Shown here in pieces: positions 1 through 9,110 of a DNA stretch of 64,000 bases. This DNA comes from a virus: the IMG/VR virus record IMGVR_UViG_3300021168_000355, positions 1 to 64,000 of that record. One strand, written 5' to 3'. Positions within the stretch are counted from its first letter, which is position 1, and each line of letters opens with the position of its first letter. A model generated the notes under the pieces. The model was not told where the DNA came from, made no database searches, and saw only the letters and a program-made list of their open reading frames with translations. The translations under genes were made by a program, and so were the position numbers.

Positions 1-12
1 TAACGCACTTTT

Positions 13-48
13 TAGGGTCGGGTGTAACAAACCCGACCCTATTTTTTT
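13..48 (+). terminator. Rho-independent terminator
   Basis: TAGGGTCGGGT/ACCCGACCCTA hairpin followed by a T run. Confidence 0.8.
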
Positions 49-62
49 GGAAGGAAACGCTT

Positions 63-506
63 GTGACATACCTCACCGTAAAGACCTTTCCTCCTATCTC
101 CTGCTGCTATCGCAATTGGAAAGCTGCATCCCACTGCCGGTTTCTTCATGGATACGCACTTGAGATTTCCGTATATTTTTCCGCCGCCTCACTAGACGAG
201 ACCCACTGGGGTGTGGACTTCGGGAAATTGAAAACCCTCAGAGAAAAACTCGAAGATACGTTCGACCACAAAACTCTGATCGAATCCGACGACCCCCATC
301 TGGAATTGTTTCGTGCTATGTCCCAACAAGGGATTATCGACCTTCGGATCCTGCCGGGCATATCCTGCGAGAAATTTGCCCAATATGTCTTTACTCTGGC
401 AGAGGGTTGGCTAACGGATAATGACTATAATGCCAGAGTTTGGGTCAATAAGGTCACGGTCAAAGAACATCACCACAATGCCGCGTCATTCCAGCAAATA
501 TTATAA
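63..506 (+). CDS. queD: 6-carboxytetrahydropterin synthase QueD
   Basis: SHCRFLHGY metal/catalytic motif, VDFG..K, FDHKTL, V.EH C-terminus. Confidence 0.9.
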   Translation: MTYLTVKTFPPISCCYRNWKAASHCRFLHGYALEISVYFSAASLDETHWGVDFGKLKTLREKLEDTFDHKTLIESDDPHLELFRAMSQQGIIDLRILPGISCEKFAQYVFTLAEGWLTDNDYNARVWVNKVTVKEHHHNAASFQQIL

Positions 507-535
507 TTGCAAAGGGATGCGAAATGTGTTATATT
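507..535 (+). promoter_or_regulatory. sigma70-type promoter
   Basis: TTGCAA-N17-TATATT. Confidence 0.55.
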
Positions 536-570
536 ATAGAACGGTTTCCCACCCGTTCTTGAGAAAACTC

Positions 571-1056
571 ATGTCCATTCCCGAGTTAACTGTTGCCCGT
601 ATGCTCGAACTGGCACACGGGCAGGCGCAGAACCTTATTGTTGGGAATAAAGAACAGATTATGCCAGTTTTTATGGTCTTGGCTGGTGATGATAGTATCG
701 TTTTCGTGGGTACTCCCTGGCACGGCGACGATCAAAAGGACATGGCAATCGTCATGCTCAGGGAATTGATGAGGGAGCACAAAGCCACAGCTTACAGCTT
801 CCTCACCGAAGCTTGGGTTGCACGACAGCCAAAAGGTTGGAGACCGGGACGAGACCCTCGAGGTATAGCGCCTATGGATCGGCCGGATCGCAAGGAGGTT
901 GTTCTTGCGATGGCTACGGACGGAACTACCACCCAATACAAATCTTGGGATATCGTGCGTGATGCGGACGGTAACTGTGCCGAATTAGTGGAAGTAAAAA
1001 TGGCTAAGTTCGCATTTGGGCGTTTTGAAGGGCTGTTGCCAACATCCACACACTAA
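571..1056 (+). CDS. hypothetical protein (between queD and queF)
   Basis: ORF MSIPELTV...; start placed downstream of the promoter at 507-535. Confidence 0.7.
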   Translation: MSIPELTVARMLELAHGQAQNLIVGNKEQIMPVFMVLAGDDSIVFVGTPWHGDDQKDMAIVMLRELMREHKATAYSFLTEAWVARQPKGWRPGRDPRGIAPMDRPDRKEVVLAMATDGTTTQYKSWDIVRDADGNCAELVEVKMAKFAFGRFEGLLPTSTH

Positions 1057-1067
1057 GGAAGAAGAAA

Positions 1068-1496
1068 ATGAACGACAACCTGCGATCTTTAGGCAAAACG
1101 GTTCCACATATTTACGTTGGAGCCGACGCGACACTATTGGAGCGAGTCGAGAATCCGATGCGCCTTGAAGATATTACCTCTACAATTACCTTGACCACTG
1201 ACGAATTTACCTCGATCTGCCCCGTCACTGGGGGACCAGACTTTGGCACCATTATCATTGAATATGGACCCGATAGTTGGATTGTTGAATCCAAGAGCCT
1301 GAAATTATATTTGGAGAGCTTTCGCATGGAGCCAACGTTCCATGAGAAAGTGGTCGCGAAGATTTGTCATGACCTGAGAGAACTGATCCAACCAATGTGG
1401 ATGGAGATATCTGGCAAGTTTAAGCCTCGGGGTGGTGTTGCAATCGAGCCTCACTGCTCCTATAATTGGGAGGAAAGCGCGAACAAGGACCAGTAA
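1068..1496 (+). CDS. queF: NADPH-dependent preQ0 reductase QueF (type I)
   Basis: EFTSICPVTGGPDF (catalytic Cys and Asp), QueF signature ESKSLKLY, FHE. Confidence 0.9.
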   Translation: MNDNLRSLGKTVPHIYVGADATLLERVENPMRLEDITSTITLTTDEFTSICPVTGGPDFGTIIIEYGPDSWIVESKSLKLYLESFRMEPTFHEKVVAKICHDLRELIQPMWMEISGKFKPRGGVAIEPHCSYNWEESANKDQ

Positions 1497-2443
1497 TGTC
1501 TATTGCCCTATATCATTCAGGGTCATTAGGGGCTGCCTCTCATAGGCAGACCCTAATGAAATTGATCGATTTCCGCCTACTTTCGTTCCACGAAAAATAT
1601 GTGGTGACAGCTAGGAACTATATTAGACAAGTCCAAAATGTAAGAGACACTTCCAATATAACCATAATGTTTGACTCCGGAGCGTTCACGGCGTGGAAGC
1701 GTAAGGAAAAGGATATCGAAGTCACGGATCTGCTATCCAGATTGAAGAGGGCTTTTAGATACTGTGAGGGACGCTTTAAAGAGGTTTATGCAATCTCTCT
1801 GGACAAGATTCCTGGCGAATCTGGTCGAACCCCCAGTGCTGAGGAAGTACGAGAGGCAATCCGAATATCCGATCAAAATCACCATATACTGTCCAACGAA
1901 CTGGGGGATCATGTTCTGCCCGTCTTTCATCAAGGCGAACCCGAATCCAGACTTGATGAAGTGTTGGGCCTCAATGGATCCTATATTTGTGTCTCACCCA
2001 GAAATGATGTCCATGAAGCTGCCCGACGAGGATGGGCTCAGAGAACCCATAAACTAATTCCAAAGAAAGTTCGGACACACGGTCTGGCGGCGACTGGTGG
2101 TGAAATGCTTTTGAACGTTCCCTGGTCCTCGGTTGACTCGGCAGCAATCATCCAAGCCGCAGCGTTCGGTAAAGTATTCATTCCAAACAAGAATACATTA
2201 CTCCTAATCAATGTCTCCAAGCATTCGTCTTTTCGGCGTCATTACGAAAAGCACTATGACCATTGGCCTGACTACAAGGTAAAAAAAACTTTGGAGTCCT
2301 ACCTCTTCCAGGTAGGAGTGACATTGGAAGATATTCGGTCAGAAGGTGGAGCTAGGGAATTGATTAATGCCGCAGTTCTAGTGGAAGCATCTAAAAGAGA
2401 CCATCAAGAGGTTCTTGTAGAACAGGGATTATTTGCATTGTGA
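1496..2443 (+). CDS. dpdA: DpdA-like 7-deazaguanine DNA transglycosylase (TGT fold)
   Basis: FDSGAF, LD.IPG, PVFHQGE, HGL, SVDS motifs; TAATG overlap with queF; que-cluster context. Confidence 0.8.
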   Translation: MSIALYHSGSLGAASHRQTLMKLIDFRLLSFHEKYVVTARNYIRQVQNVRDTSNITIMFDSGAFTAWKRKEKDIEVTDLLSRLKRAFRYCEGRFKEVYAISLDKIPGESGRTPSAEEVREAIRISDQNHHILSNELGDHVLPVFHQGEPESRLDEVLGLNGSYICVSPRNDVHEAARRGWAQRTHKLIPKKVRTHGLAATGGEMLLNVPWSSVDSAAIIQAAAFGKVFIPNKNTLLLINVSKHSSFRRHYEKHYDHWPDYKVKKTLESYLFQVGVTLEDIRSEGGARELINAAVLVEASKRDHQEVLVEQGLFAL

Positions 2444-2769
2444 GCAAGAGCAATAGGAATAGACTCTATGTGGGTAGATCAATTCGCCATGAAGGGTCAC
2501 CATGTTTGGGTTGCGGTAAGATATTGGATGCAGGAGCTGGGGTCGGTCATAGAAAGAAACCTCATCCTGGTGCTATTTCAATATGCCTTGCATGTGGGCA
2601 TATTCAAGCTTATGGAGCTGGACTAAAGCTTCGGGAGCTTAATGATGAGGAGATATTGGCTATAGCTGGTGATAAGAAAATTCTTACCATTGTGAAGGCG
2701 GCGGGTTATGCCAGAGAGTTCTCTGACAAGGGTGGGTATCCTTATTACCAATGGAAGCGTATGCATTAG
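2440..2769 (+). CDS. hypothetical zinc-ribbon protein
   Basis: CLGC ... CLAC pairs; GTGA overlap with dpdA. Confidence 0.65.
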   Translation: MSKSNRNRLYVGRSIRHEGSPCLGCGKILDAGAGVGHRKKPHPGAISICLACGHIQAYGAGLKLRELNDEEILAIAGDKKILTIVKAAGYAREFSDKGGYPYYQWKRMH

Positions 2770-2892
2770 TCCCGTGTCAACTGAGCTAAAAGGAATGCGC
2801 TAAAATGACGTTTCCTCTGGATCGTAAACGTTTCTGCACACGGGTCTGGAGCACAGCTAGGGCTCGATTGCAGAAACGTTTAGCGAGCGTTT

Positions 2893-3063
2893 ATGGCACA
2901 CCAAAGTAGACGGCAACGGACTAAAGTAGCACACACCAAAATCAAGTGCCTAACATGCGGAAAAGAGGTTATAAAGCGCGTAGAGCGGCAAAGGTTCTGT
3001 TGTCCCAAACATAGAAACACCTGGCATAATCAACAAAAGAAACTGGCAGATGACCCTAAATGA
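2893..3063 (+). CDS. small zinc-finger protein (56 aa)
   Basis: Hand-translated MAHQSRRQRTKVAHTKIKCLTCGKEVIKRVERQRFCCPKHRNTWHNQQKKLADDPK; below the ORF-track cutoff. Confidence 0.6.
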   Translation: MAHQSRRQRTKVAHTKIKCLTCGKEVIKRVERQRFCCPKHRNTWHNQQKKLADDPK

Positions 3064-3982
3064 TGCCCTCATTGTTTGTGCTCCAGCACTTGAACCAACT
3101 CCTCGTTTCTCCGATGTTACGGTGCTGTTGAAAGATGGCGAGCTTTCAGCCTTCAATGGTAATCTAGCGTGCTGGGCGCCGATTCCGTCTCACTACGGTC
3201 CTGTTGCTTTGTCTGCTCCACGACTTAAAACTGTCTGGGCTGCTCATGCCACTATGAGTGTAGCCACCGCTTTCACGACCATAACTCGAGGAAAGACTCG
3301 GTATCGTCTTGCCCAGAAGCCAATCAACGAAATCATTATGCCACCACAAATTGAAGGTGGAGTTATCTTTCCAGATAACTTGCGTCGAGCGGTTAAGTAT
3401 GCCATGACTTTTATGTCAAGCAATGCTATCCACTTGTGGGCGAATGCTGTGACGATAACCTTTAGAGGCGTCATTACAACCAACAATCAAATATTGGCAA
3501 AGATTCCAATTGAATCTCCTTTCTCTGTCCAACTTCCCCCATGGGCTTTGACCGTGCTATTCTCCCGCGATGAACTGCCCCTGTTTGCGTATACCGAGAA
3601 CACCATTAAATTTGAATATTCGGATGGCGCTATCATCCAAGCCCAGAAGCTTGATGTGGAGATGCCTGATAAATTCTTTGATCTTGCCGATAGTCTAACC
3701 CCAGCGTTAGTTCCGATCGGGAATGTGTTGGCTGATTTGCAAGAGGTCAATAACATCGGTGGACGGTTCTGCAAGTTTGACCAAGGCCTGTTATCAGTAG
3801 ATGGAGAGAATGGAGAACTAGCAGAAACGACCACTGAAATTATGGGCCAATTCAAGATGAACTTAGGTACTGCGGAGTTAGTGTTTGGCGTTGCTACCCA
3901 TGTTGGGTTCGATGATCCCACGAAACTCAAATTCTATGACGCCAAGACAGGGCTCATAGGTATCGCTGTAGGTGCGACGTGA
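3050..3982 (+). CDS. DNA polymerase III beta-clamp-like processivity factor
   Basis: About 310 aa; beta-rich repeats with LSAFNG and ITTNN matching clamp ATD/ATN turns; lies near dpdA and pol. Confidence 0.65.
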   Translation: MTLNDALIVCAPALEPTPRFSDVTVLLKDGELSAFNGNLACWAPIPSHYGPVALSAPRLKTVWAAHATMSVATAFTTITRGKTRYRLAQKPINEIIMPPQIEGGVIFPDNLRRAVKYAMTFMSSNAIHLWANAVTITFRGVITTNNQILAKIPIESPFSVQLPPWALTVLFSRDELPLFAYTENTIKFEYSDGAIIQAQKLDVEMPDKFFDLADSLTPALVPIGNVLADLQEVNNIGGRFCKFDQGLLSVDGENGELAETTTEIMGQFKMNLGTAELVFGVATHVGFDDPTKLKFYDAKTGLIGIAVGAT

Positions 3983-4197
3983 AACAGCCAAAGCTTAAAA
4001 AAGGTAAATACAAGTGTGCTGGGTGCAAAGGAATCTTCAACAAGGGGTGGTCTGACAAAGAGGCAGCAGAAGAATTCCATGAAAACTTTCCCGATCAACC
4101 ATTGGATGAACAAACTGACCTTATTTGTGACGTTTGTTATGACCTGATTATGGCAGACATGAAAGCCAATCCCTGGAAGTATGAAGGACTAGAGTGA
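3979..4197 (+). CDS. hypothetical CxxC/CxxC protein
   Basis: CAGC...CDVC; overlapping start and stop codons at both ends. Confidence 0.65.
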   Translation: MKQPKLKKGKYKCAGCKGIFNKGWSDKEAAEEFHENFPDQPLDEQTDLICDVCYDLIMADMKANPWKYEGLE

Positions 4198-4901
4198 TGC
4201 TTGGAACCAATGCTGTTGCCCATGCTACCGACCTCGCGACATGGGACCAAAAGTATTCGGTCTCCGAGATATTTCCCACCATACAAGGTGAAGGACCGTT
4301 TAGTGGATATCCATCAGTCTTTGTCCGTATGGCGACTTGCAATCTCCGATGCCACTTCTGCGATACCGATTTTGACAAGAAAATGGAAATGACTTCCGAA
4401 GATATAATTAGGGAGATTAAAATCCACAAGCCACAACCTCTAGTAGTGATAACTGGCGGAGAGCCACTACTACAACCCATAAAACAATTGATCGACCTTA
4501 TTCACCACAGATTAAAATATAAAATGGTACAAATTGAGACGGCAGGGACTGTCTGGTTAGAATCATTAAACCAAACCAATATCCGCATCGTTGTTTCTCC
4601 CAAAACTCCAGAAATCAACCATAACGTTAAGACCGTCGCACATTACTGGAAATATGTTATCTCCGCTAAAGATGAACATTGCCCAGATACAGGCGTTCCC
4701 ATAACTGCCACACAACCTGGGGGAAACAAGGCTCGCCTTGCATTGCCACCACCCTGGCTTAGACCTGTCGATGTATTCTTGATGCCACAAGAGGGTGCAG
4801 GTGAGGATATGGTGGCAAATTATAAAAAAATAGCCGAATTATCAATGAAGCATGGCTATCGGGCATCTGTGAGAATCCACACGATAATGGGATTACGATA
4901 A
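4194..4901 (+). CDS. queE: 7-carboxy-7-deazaguanine synthase QueE (radical SAM)
   Basis: EIFPTIQGEG, CNLRCHFCDT, ITGGEPLLQ, IETAG, VSPK. Confidence 0.92.
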   Translation: MMLGTNAVAHATDLATWDQKYSVSEIFPTIQGEGPFSGYPSVFVRMATCNLRCHFCDTDFDKKMEMTSEDIIREIKIHKPQPLVVITGGEPLLQPIKQLIDLIHHRLKYKMVQIETAGTVWLESLNQTNIRIVVSPKTPEINHNVKTVAHYWKYVISAKDEHCPDTGVPITATQPGGNKARLALPPPWLRPVDVFLMPQEGAGEDMVANYKKIAELSMKHGYRASVRIHTIMGLR

Positions 4902-5167
4902 TGGCTGAAACAGAAGTTGGACGGTTAGCCCTGAGAGTTGAAGGCGATTGGTGGAGAGCATATTGGGCTCCCCACCAGTATGATTTTGATGGTGCGGTTC
5001 TATTGGGATCGATCCGCATGTCCTTGACGAAAGGAGCAGTAAAGGAGCACTTTATCAAGGTCATGTGTGAAGCCTTTAATGTGGTAGTTAAAGATACGAC
5101 TGGACAAGAACCAACATGGGGCGAACCACATTCTGCTCCAGAAAACGAGAGGAGCGGACGTGGCTGA
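4901..5167 (+). CDS. hypothetical protein
   Basis: TAATG overlap with queE; VGRLALRVEG..W.AY. Confidence 0.7.
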   Translation: MAETEVGRLALRVEGDWWRAYWAPHQYDFDGAVLLGSIRMSLTKGAVKEHFIKVMCEAFNVVVKDTTGQEPTWGEPHSAPENERSGRG

Positions 5168-7211
5168 ATATTGGGATGACGCTAGTGGAATGTTTTGGGA
5201 GGATGAACAATGGCAGCGTCGGGGTCATGGTCCTAAAGAGGATCCAATCGTTCAACTTCGGAAGAGGTTGATTGGATTTACATTTAATGATACCTACGAT
5301 AATCCCCCTCTCCTCGATCCCCCCGCGAATGCTGTCATGGCGTTCGATACTGAAACCGACGATCCAGACCTGTTGACGAGAGGATCGAGTTGGGCATTTG
5401 GCATAGGAGAGATCATTGGGTTTTCAGTCGCTTGGACCGGACACAAAGCTTATTATCCTCTGCGCCATTGCAGCGGTAATATTGACGCTGATGCACCACT
5501 TCGATGGCTGGCATCCCAAGTAAGGCGACAAGACCTAACTTGGGTCATGGCTCATGCCAACTATGACGTAGGCTGGTTATTCAGAGAGACAGGACAATAT
5601 CCTGTAGGTAAGATTATCGATGTCCAACACATGTCGGCACTCCTAAATGAGAATGAGTTTAGCTATTCCCTAGAAGCCATATCCATGCGATGCTTGGGTG
5701 CGGGCAAGGAGACTGATCGCCTCAAACAGCTAGAGGGACAGTTTGCCTGTAAACATACCACGATGATGGCAAGCCTGAAATACCTTCCCGGCCCTGTGGT
5801 TGCTGGATATGCGGAGACAGACGCCGAGCGGACTCTCCAGTGTTATTATGCCATGCTGCCAAGGATCCAGGAAGAGGGTCTCACTACCATATTTGATTTG
5901 GAGTGTGATCTTATCACCGCAGCAGTGGATATGAAGCGGTTAGGTCTCAGGGTTAATGTCGATCGGGCTCAATGGCTATCAGAGGATATTCAGAAGCGTA
6001 GAATGCCAGAAACCGTTGACGAGATAAAACGGTTGACTGGCATCACAGTCTCGCCCTGGCAGGCCGATTCCTGTTATGCCGCTCTCACTGAGGCTGGGGT
6101 ACAAGGGATTAAAAAGACCGCCAAAGGAGCGTGGCAAATCAATACAGAACTATTGGCGGTGCAATCTAAAACCAGCCCGGTGGCTAAATATATCTTTGAC
6201 CTTCGGAAAATGTCTAAAATTTCTGGAACCTTTATCGAAGGCCATATCCTCTATTACGAGAATCATGGCAGACTTCACGCCTCTTTTAACCAGTTGCGGA
6301 GTGAGAGTGACGCCGAACAGGGATCAAGTGTTGGCACAGTCACTGGTCGATGGTCAGCCTCTGATCCCGCCCTACAACAAATTCCAGTGCGAGACCCAGA
6401 ATGGGGGCCAGAGATACGCTCCCTATTTCTACCAGAGGAGGGTGAAGAATTTGCATCCCTCGACTATTCGTCCCAAGAGCCACGAATGGCTGTTCATTTT
6501 GCTTACAAAGCGGGGATACGTGGATCAAGGGATGCTGTTGAGCAGTTTCGGAAAGACCCACGTACCGATTATCATCAAATGGTTGCCGACTTCTCAGGTC
6601 TTAAACGAGACAGGGCTAAGACACTGAATCTGGGTTTAGCGTATGGAATGAAACAAGCCAAGATGGCTCGCGCTCTGGGACTACCAACACAATGGATGAG
6701 GCTAGAGAAGATAAACGGGAGTCGAACGAATTGGATCCCAATATCATATTCCGAGATTAATCGATGGCGATCTGAGGGCCAACAATGCGTTGAGGTCGCT
6801 GGCGATGAAGCAAAGGCAATCTTAAAGAAATGGAAAGAAGGTGCTCCGTTCTTAACAGGTCTATTTGAGGAGTGTGAAGATATAGCCAAGGAGCGGGGCT
6901 ATATCTGCACCCTTCTCAAACGCCGATGCCGATTTGATAATGCTGGCATGGGAGTCATCATTGATACCTATAAGGCAATGAATAGGTTGTGCCAATCATC
7001 TTCGGCAGACCAGACCAAAAAAGCCATGTCTTTATTGAAAGCAGAGAAGATTCCAATGAGATTGACTCTCCATGACGAACTCCTGTTTAGTATCTCGGAC
7101 AGAACGATAACGGAGCGCGTCAAAGAGATAATGGAGCACGCCGTTGAATTGGTTATACCCTCAGTCGTGGATGTAAAGTTTGGTCCTACATGGGGCGCTA
7201 TACCAAAATAA
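5160..7211 (+). CDS. polA: DNA polymerase family A with 3'-5' exonuclease
   Basis: ExoI FDTET, ExoII HANYD, ExoIII YAETDA, TGRWS, motif A DYSSQEPR, motif B RAKTLNLGLAYG, motif C HDE. Confidence 0.95.
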   Translation: MAEYWDDASGMFWEDEQWQRRGHGPKEDPIVQLRKRLIGFTFNDTYDNPPLLDPPANAVMAFDTETDDPDLLTRGSSWAFGIGEIIGFSVAWTGHKAYYPLRHCSGNIDADAPLRWLASQVRRQDLTWVMAHANYDVGWLFRETGQYPVGKIIDVQHMSALLNENEFSYSLEAISMRCLGAGKETDRLKQLEGQFACKHTTMMASLKYLPGPVVAGYAETDAERTLQCYYAMLPRIQEEGLTTIFDLECDLITAAVDMKRLGLRVNVDRAQWLSEDIQKRRMPETVDEIKRLTGITVSPWQADSCYAALTEAGVQGIKKTAKGAWQINTELLAVQSKTSPVAKYIFDLRKMSKISGTFIEGHILYYENHGRLHASFNQLRSESDAEQGSSVGTVTGRWSASDPALQQIPVRDPEWGPEIRSLFLPEEGEEFASLDYSSQEPRMAVHFAYKAGIRGSRDAVEQFRKDPRTDYHQMVADFSGLKRDRAKTLNLGLAYGMKQAKMARALGLPTQWMRLEKINGSRTNWIPISYSEINRWRSEGQQCVEVAGDEAKAILKKWKEGAPFLTGLFEECEDIAKERGYICTLLKRRCRFDNAGMGVIIDTYKAMNRLCQSSSADQTKKAMSLLKAEKIPMRLTLHDELLFSISDRTITERVKEIMEHAVELVIPSVVDVKFGPTWGAIPK

Positions 7212-7216
7212 AATGC

Positions 7217-7245
7217 TTGATATGGTCAGACTTCTATGCTATAAT
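7217..7245 (+). promoter_or_regulatory. sigma70-type promoter
   Basis: TTGATA-N17-TATAAT with TG extended -10. Confidence 0.75.
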
Positions 7246-7258
7246 GTAGGAGTAATGA

Positions 7259-7408
7259 ATGATGCCTGCACCTGATCTAATCATCGACATAGATTATGTG
7301 GTGATTGAGGGAGTCCGAATAAATCGACCGAGTAGAATGAGTATCCTGCAATGGTTAGAGTTATGGGAAAGAACTCAGGTTACATGGGACAGGAGTCGTC
7401 GTCATTAA
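7259..7408 (+). CDS. small hypothetical protein (49 aa)
   Basis: AGGAG RBS; hand-translated MMPAPDLIIDIDYVVIEGVRINRPSRMSILQWLELWERTQVTWDRSRRH. Confidence 0.6.
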   Translation: MMPAPDLIIDIDYVVIEGVRINRPSRMSILQWLELWERTQVTWDRSRRH

Positions 7409-7433
7409 CATGTTAAATGAACTGGAGACATAA

Positions 7434-8345
7434 ATGACGGATATCACGGTAGCCCAGGAAACTGGGATTGTTATAAGGACTGCGGAGCAGTGGCGACAAT
7501 ACGTCCAGGAAGCTTCATTCTTGGAACTTGATGCCATCCTTGAGAAAGGACGACGGATTCGGGAATTTCATTCCGAGTTCTTTCGGGACAAAGAGAAGTG
7601 GGGTGGCACGTGGACGGTCGCGTGCAAAAACATCCTTTTCCTTAGTCAATCAAGCTGTTCCCTTTACGAAACAATCAACCGTGTTTTCGATCCGCTTTTA
7701 TTGCAAAGGGTTCGTCATCTTTTGCCCTGCGATATCATGTCCCTATCATTGATCGCTAGAGCGGTCGAATTGGATCGGGGCGTTGTCAATGAGGCAGCCG
7801 CCACTAACATTCTGTCTCCTGAAATGAATCGGGAAGCTGCGACAAAGGTCCTCAAAGCCGCCGAACAAGTTGCTGAGGAGCATGTGATAAACCTCATCAG
7901 GGAGGGTAAAACTGATGAGGAGATATTTAAATCCACAGCATTGACTTACCAGAAAGTGACCGACCTCAAGAAACAGGTCGGCGACAGAGCAACGGAATTG
8001 AATCCAGAAGATGTTGGTCCAGATGTTGCGCGCGAGATACCAACTCCACCTCCCTCAGCGCCGGCTGCTGCGCCGAAGAAGGTGACTGTAACGGCGCCAC
8101 AGCAGCAAGTTGTTCCGCCACCACCGGCCTTATCACCTTTCAATGCGATACGGTTCGAGGTACAGAACTTAACCAATGTGATCATGGAGGATACGCTTAA
8201 AGTGATCCTCGAGTTCCGTTCCGAGTTCCCAGAAGTGTTCGCAACCATAGCTCAATGGGACGCGAAATTTGGTCCTCTGGCTGTGACAACCGTCCTCAAG
8301 CAACTCCAGCCAGACTTTAATGACGGAGAAGCAAGCCCAAAATGA
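7434..8345 (+). CDS. DUF3102-like protein, paralog 1
   Basis: AILEKGRRIREFH..W..W..C...LP...L pattern; clear paralog of 62734 and 63543. Confidence 0.6.
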   Translation: MTDITVAQETGIVIRTAEQWRQYVQEASFLELDAILEKGRRIREFHSEFFRDKEKWGGTWTVACKNILFLSQSSCSLYETINRVFDPLLLQRVRHLLPCDIMSLSLIARAVELDRGVVNEAAATNILSPEMNREAATKVLKAAEQVAEEHVINLIREGKTDEEIFKSTALTYQKVTDLKKQVGDRATELNPEDVGPDVAREIPTPPPSAPAAAPKKVTVTAPQQQVVPPPPALSPFNAIRFEVQNLTNVIMEDTLKVILEFRSEFPEVFATIAQWDAKFGPLAVTTVLKQLQPDFNDGEASPK

Positions 8346-8848
8346 GTAAGCCTTCTGTTGTCCTTTCTCCCGAGGAGCATGATCGAGTTGTGGAGTTGGT
8401 AAAGTCGGGGCGTACAATCAAGGGGATCGCGGACGAGTTCGGTTTCACTGCTAAGGGCGTTTCAAGTTACCTTAGGCGGAATAACATCGAACGCCCTGAG
8501 TCTCTTGATGGGGAAAAGGATACGCAGAAGGCTGCCCTCCAAGAACTACTCGACCGATCTAAAGAGGTAAGAGAAAAAGAAAGGGAGAAAAGAGCGTCCC
8601 AGCCAGAGCCACCTAGAGAAATTTTTGATCCAACTCCATCCGACTTTAAAATGCGCCTTATCACCCTAGCGGAGAAAAAGCAATACGACTGCTCTTGGAT
8701 CATTGGTGATCCCAAGAAATATTATCGGTATTGTGGTAATTCGACGATTGGAGTTATTGGTGTGTACTGTGAATACCACAAGAATATATCTCGGAACAAA
8801 CAACAGGTATCTTCGCCAAAACCCTATGTACCCGTAAATCACAAATAA
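8342..8848 (+). CDS. gcrA: GcrA-family cell-cycle regulator homolog
   Basis: N-terminal HTH (IADEFG...V..Y.RR) plus C-terminal CSWIIGDP...YCG.....YCEYH sigma70-interacting Zn motif. Confidence 0.8.
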   Translation: MSKPSVVLSPEEHDRVVELVKSGRTIKGIADEFGFTAKGVSSYLRRNNIERPESLDGEKDTQKAALQELLDRSKEVREKEREKRASQPEPPREIFDPTPSDFKMRLITLAEKKQYDCSWIIGDPKKYYRYCGNSTIGVIGVYCEYHKNISRNKQQVSSPKPYVPVNHK

Positions 8849-8883
8849 CTAGCAGTGGACAGCGTTCTGTGCTATTATACAGA

Positions 8884-9110
8884 ATGAAAGGTGATACTTG
8901 CTCGGGGAATCTCATACCGCAGCGGAACCTAGACTACCGGCGAGGGTACGTGGAGATTGTTGCATGTTAATCTCCATCAGTCCACTACAAGGCATTGTTC
9001 GGGCTCCCGAGCAAGGAGTCGCTTCGGCGACAAGGTCATTGAGCCCGTGAAACGATGCAACGTCTAGGATACTCGCCCCCGATGACTCCCGTCGTCGGGG
9101 GCGGTATTTA
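8884..9110 (+). ncRNA. candidate pseudoknotted structured RNA
   Basis: Extended -10 TGTGCTATTAT (8868-8878); multiple long helices, a UUCG tetraloop and a terminal GC-rich hairpin. Confidence 0.6.

Noticed and set aside
1068-1496. QueF-like amidinotransferase (dG+ pathway)
   Set aside because: The ESKSLKLY NADPH motif is intact, which indicates a true QueF
8890-9070. Group I intron, hammerhead or TnpB omega-RNA identity for the structured RNA
   Set aside because: Only fragmentary word similarity; no P7 guanosine site, no CUGANGA core, no interrupted gene and no tnpB/iscB nearby
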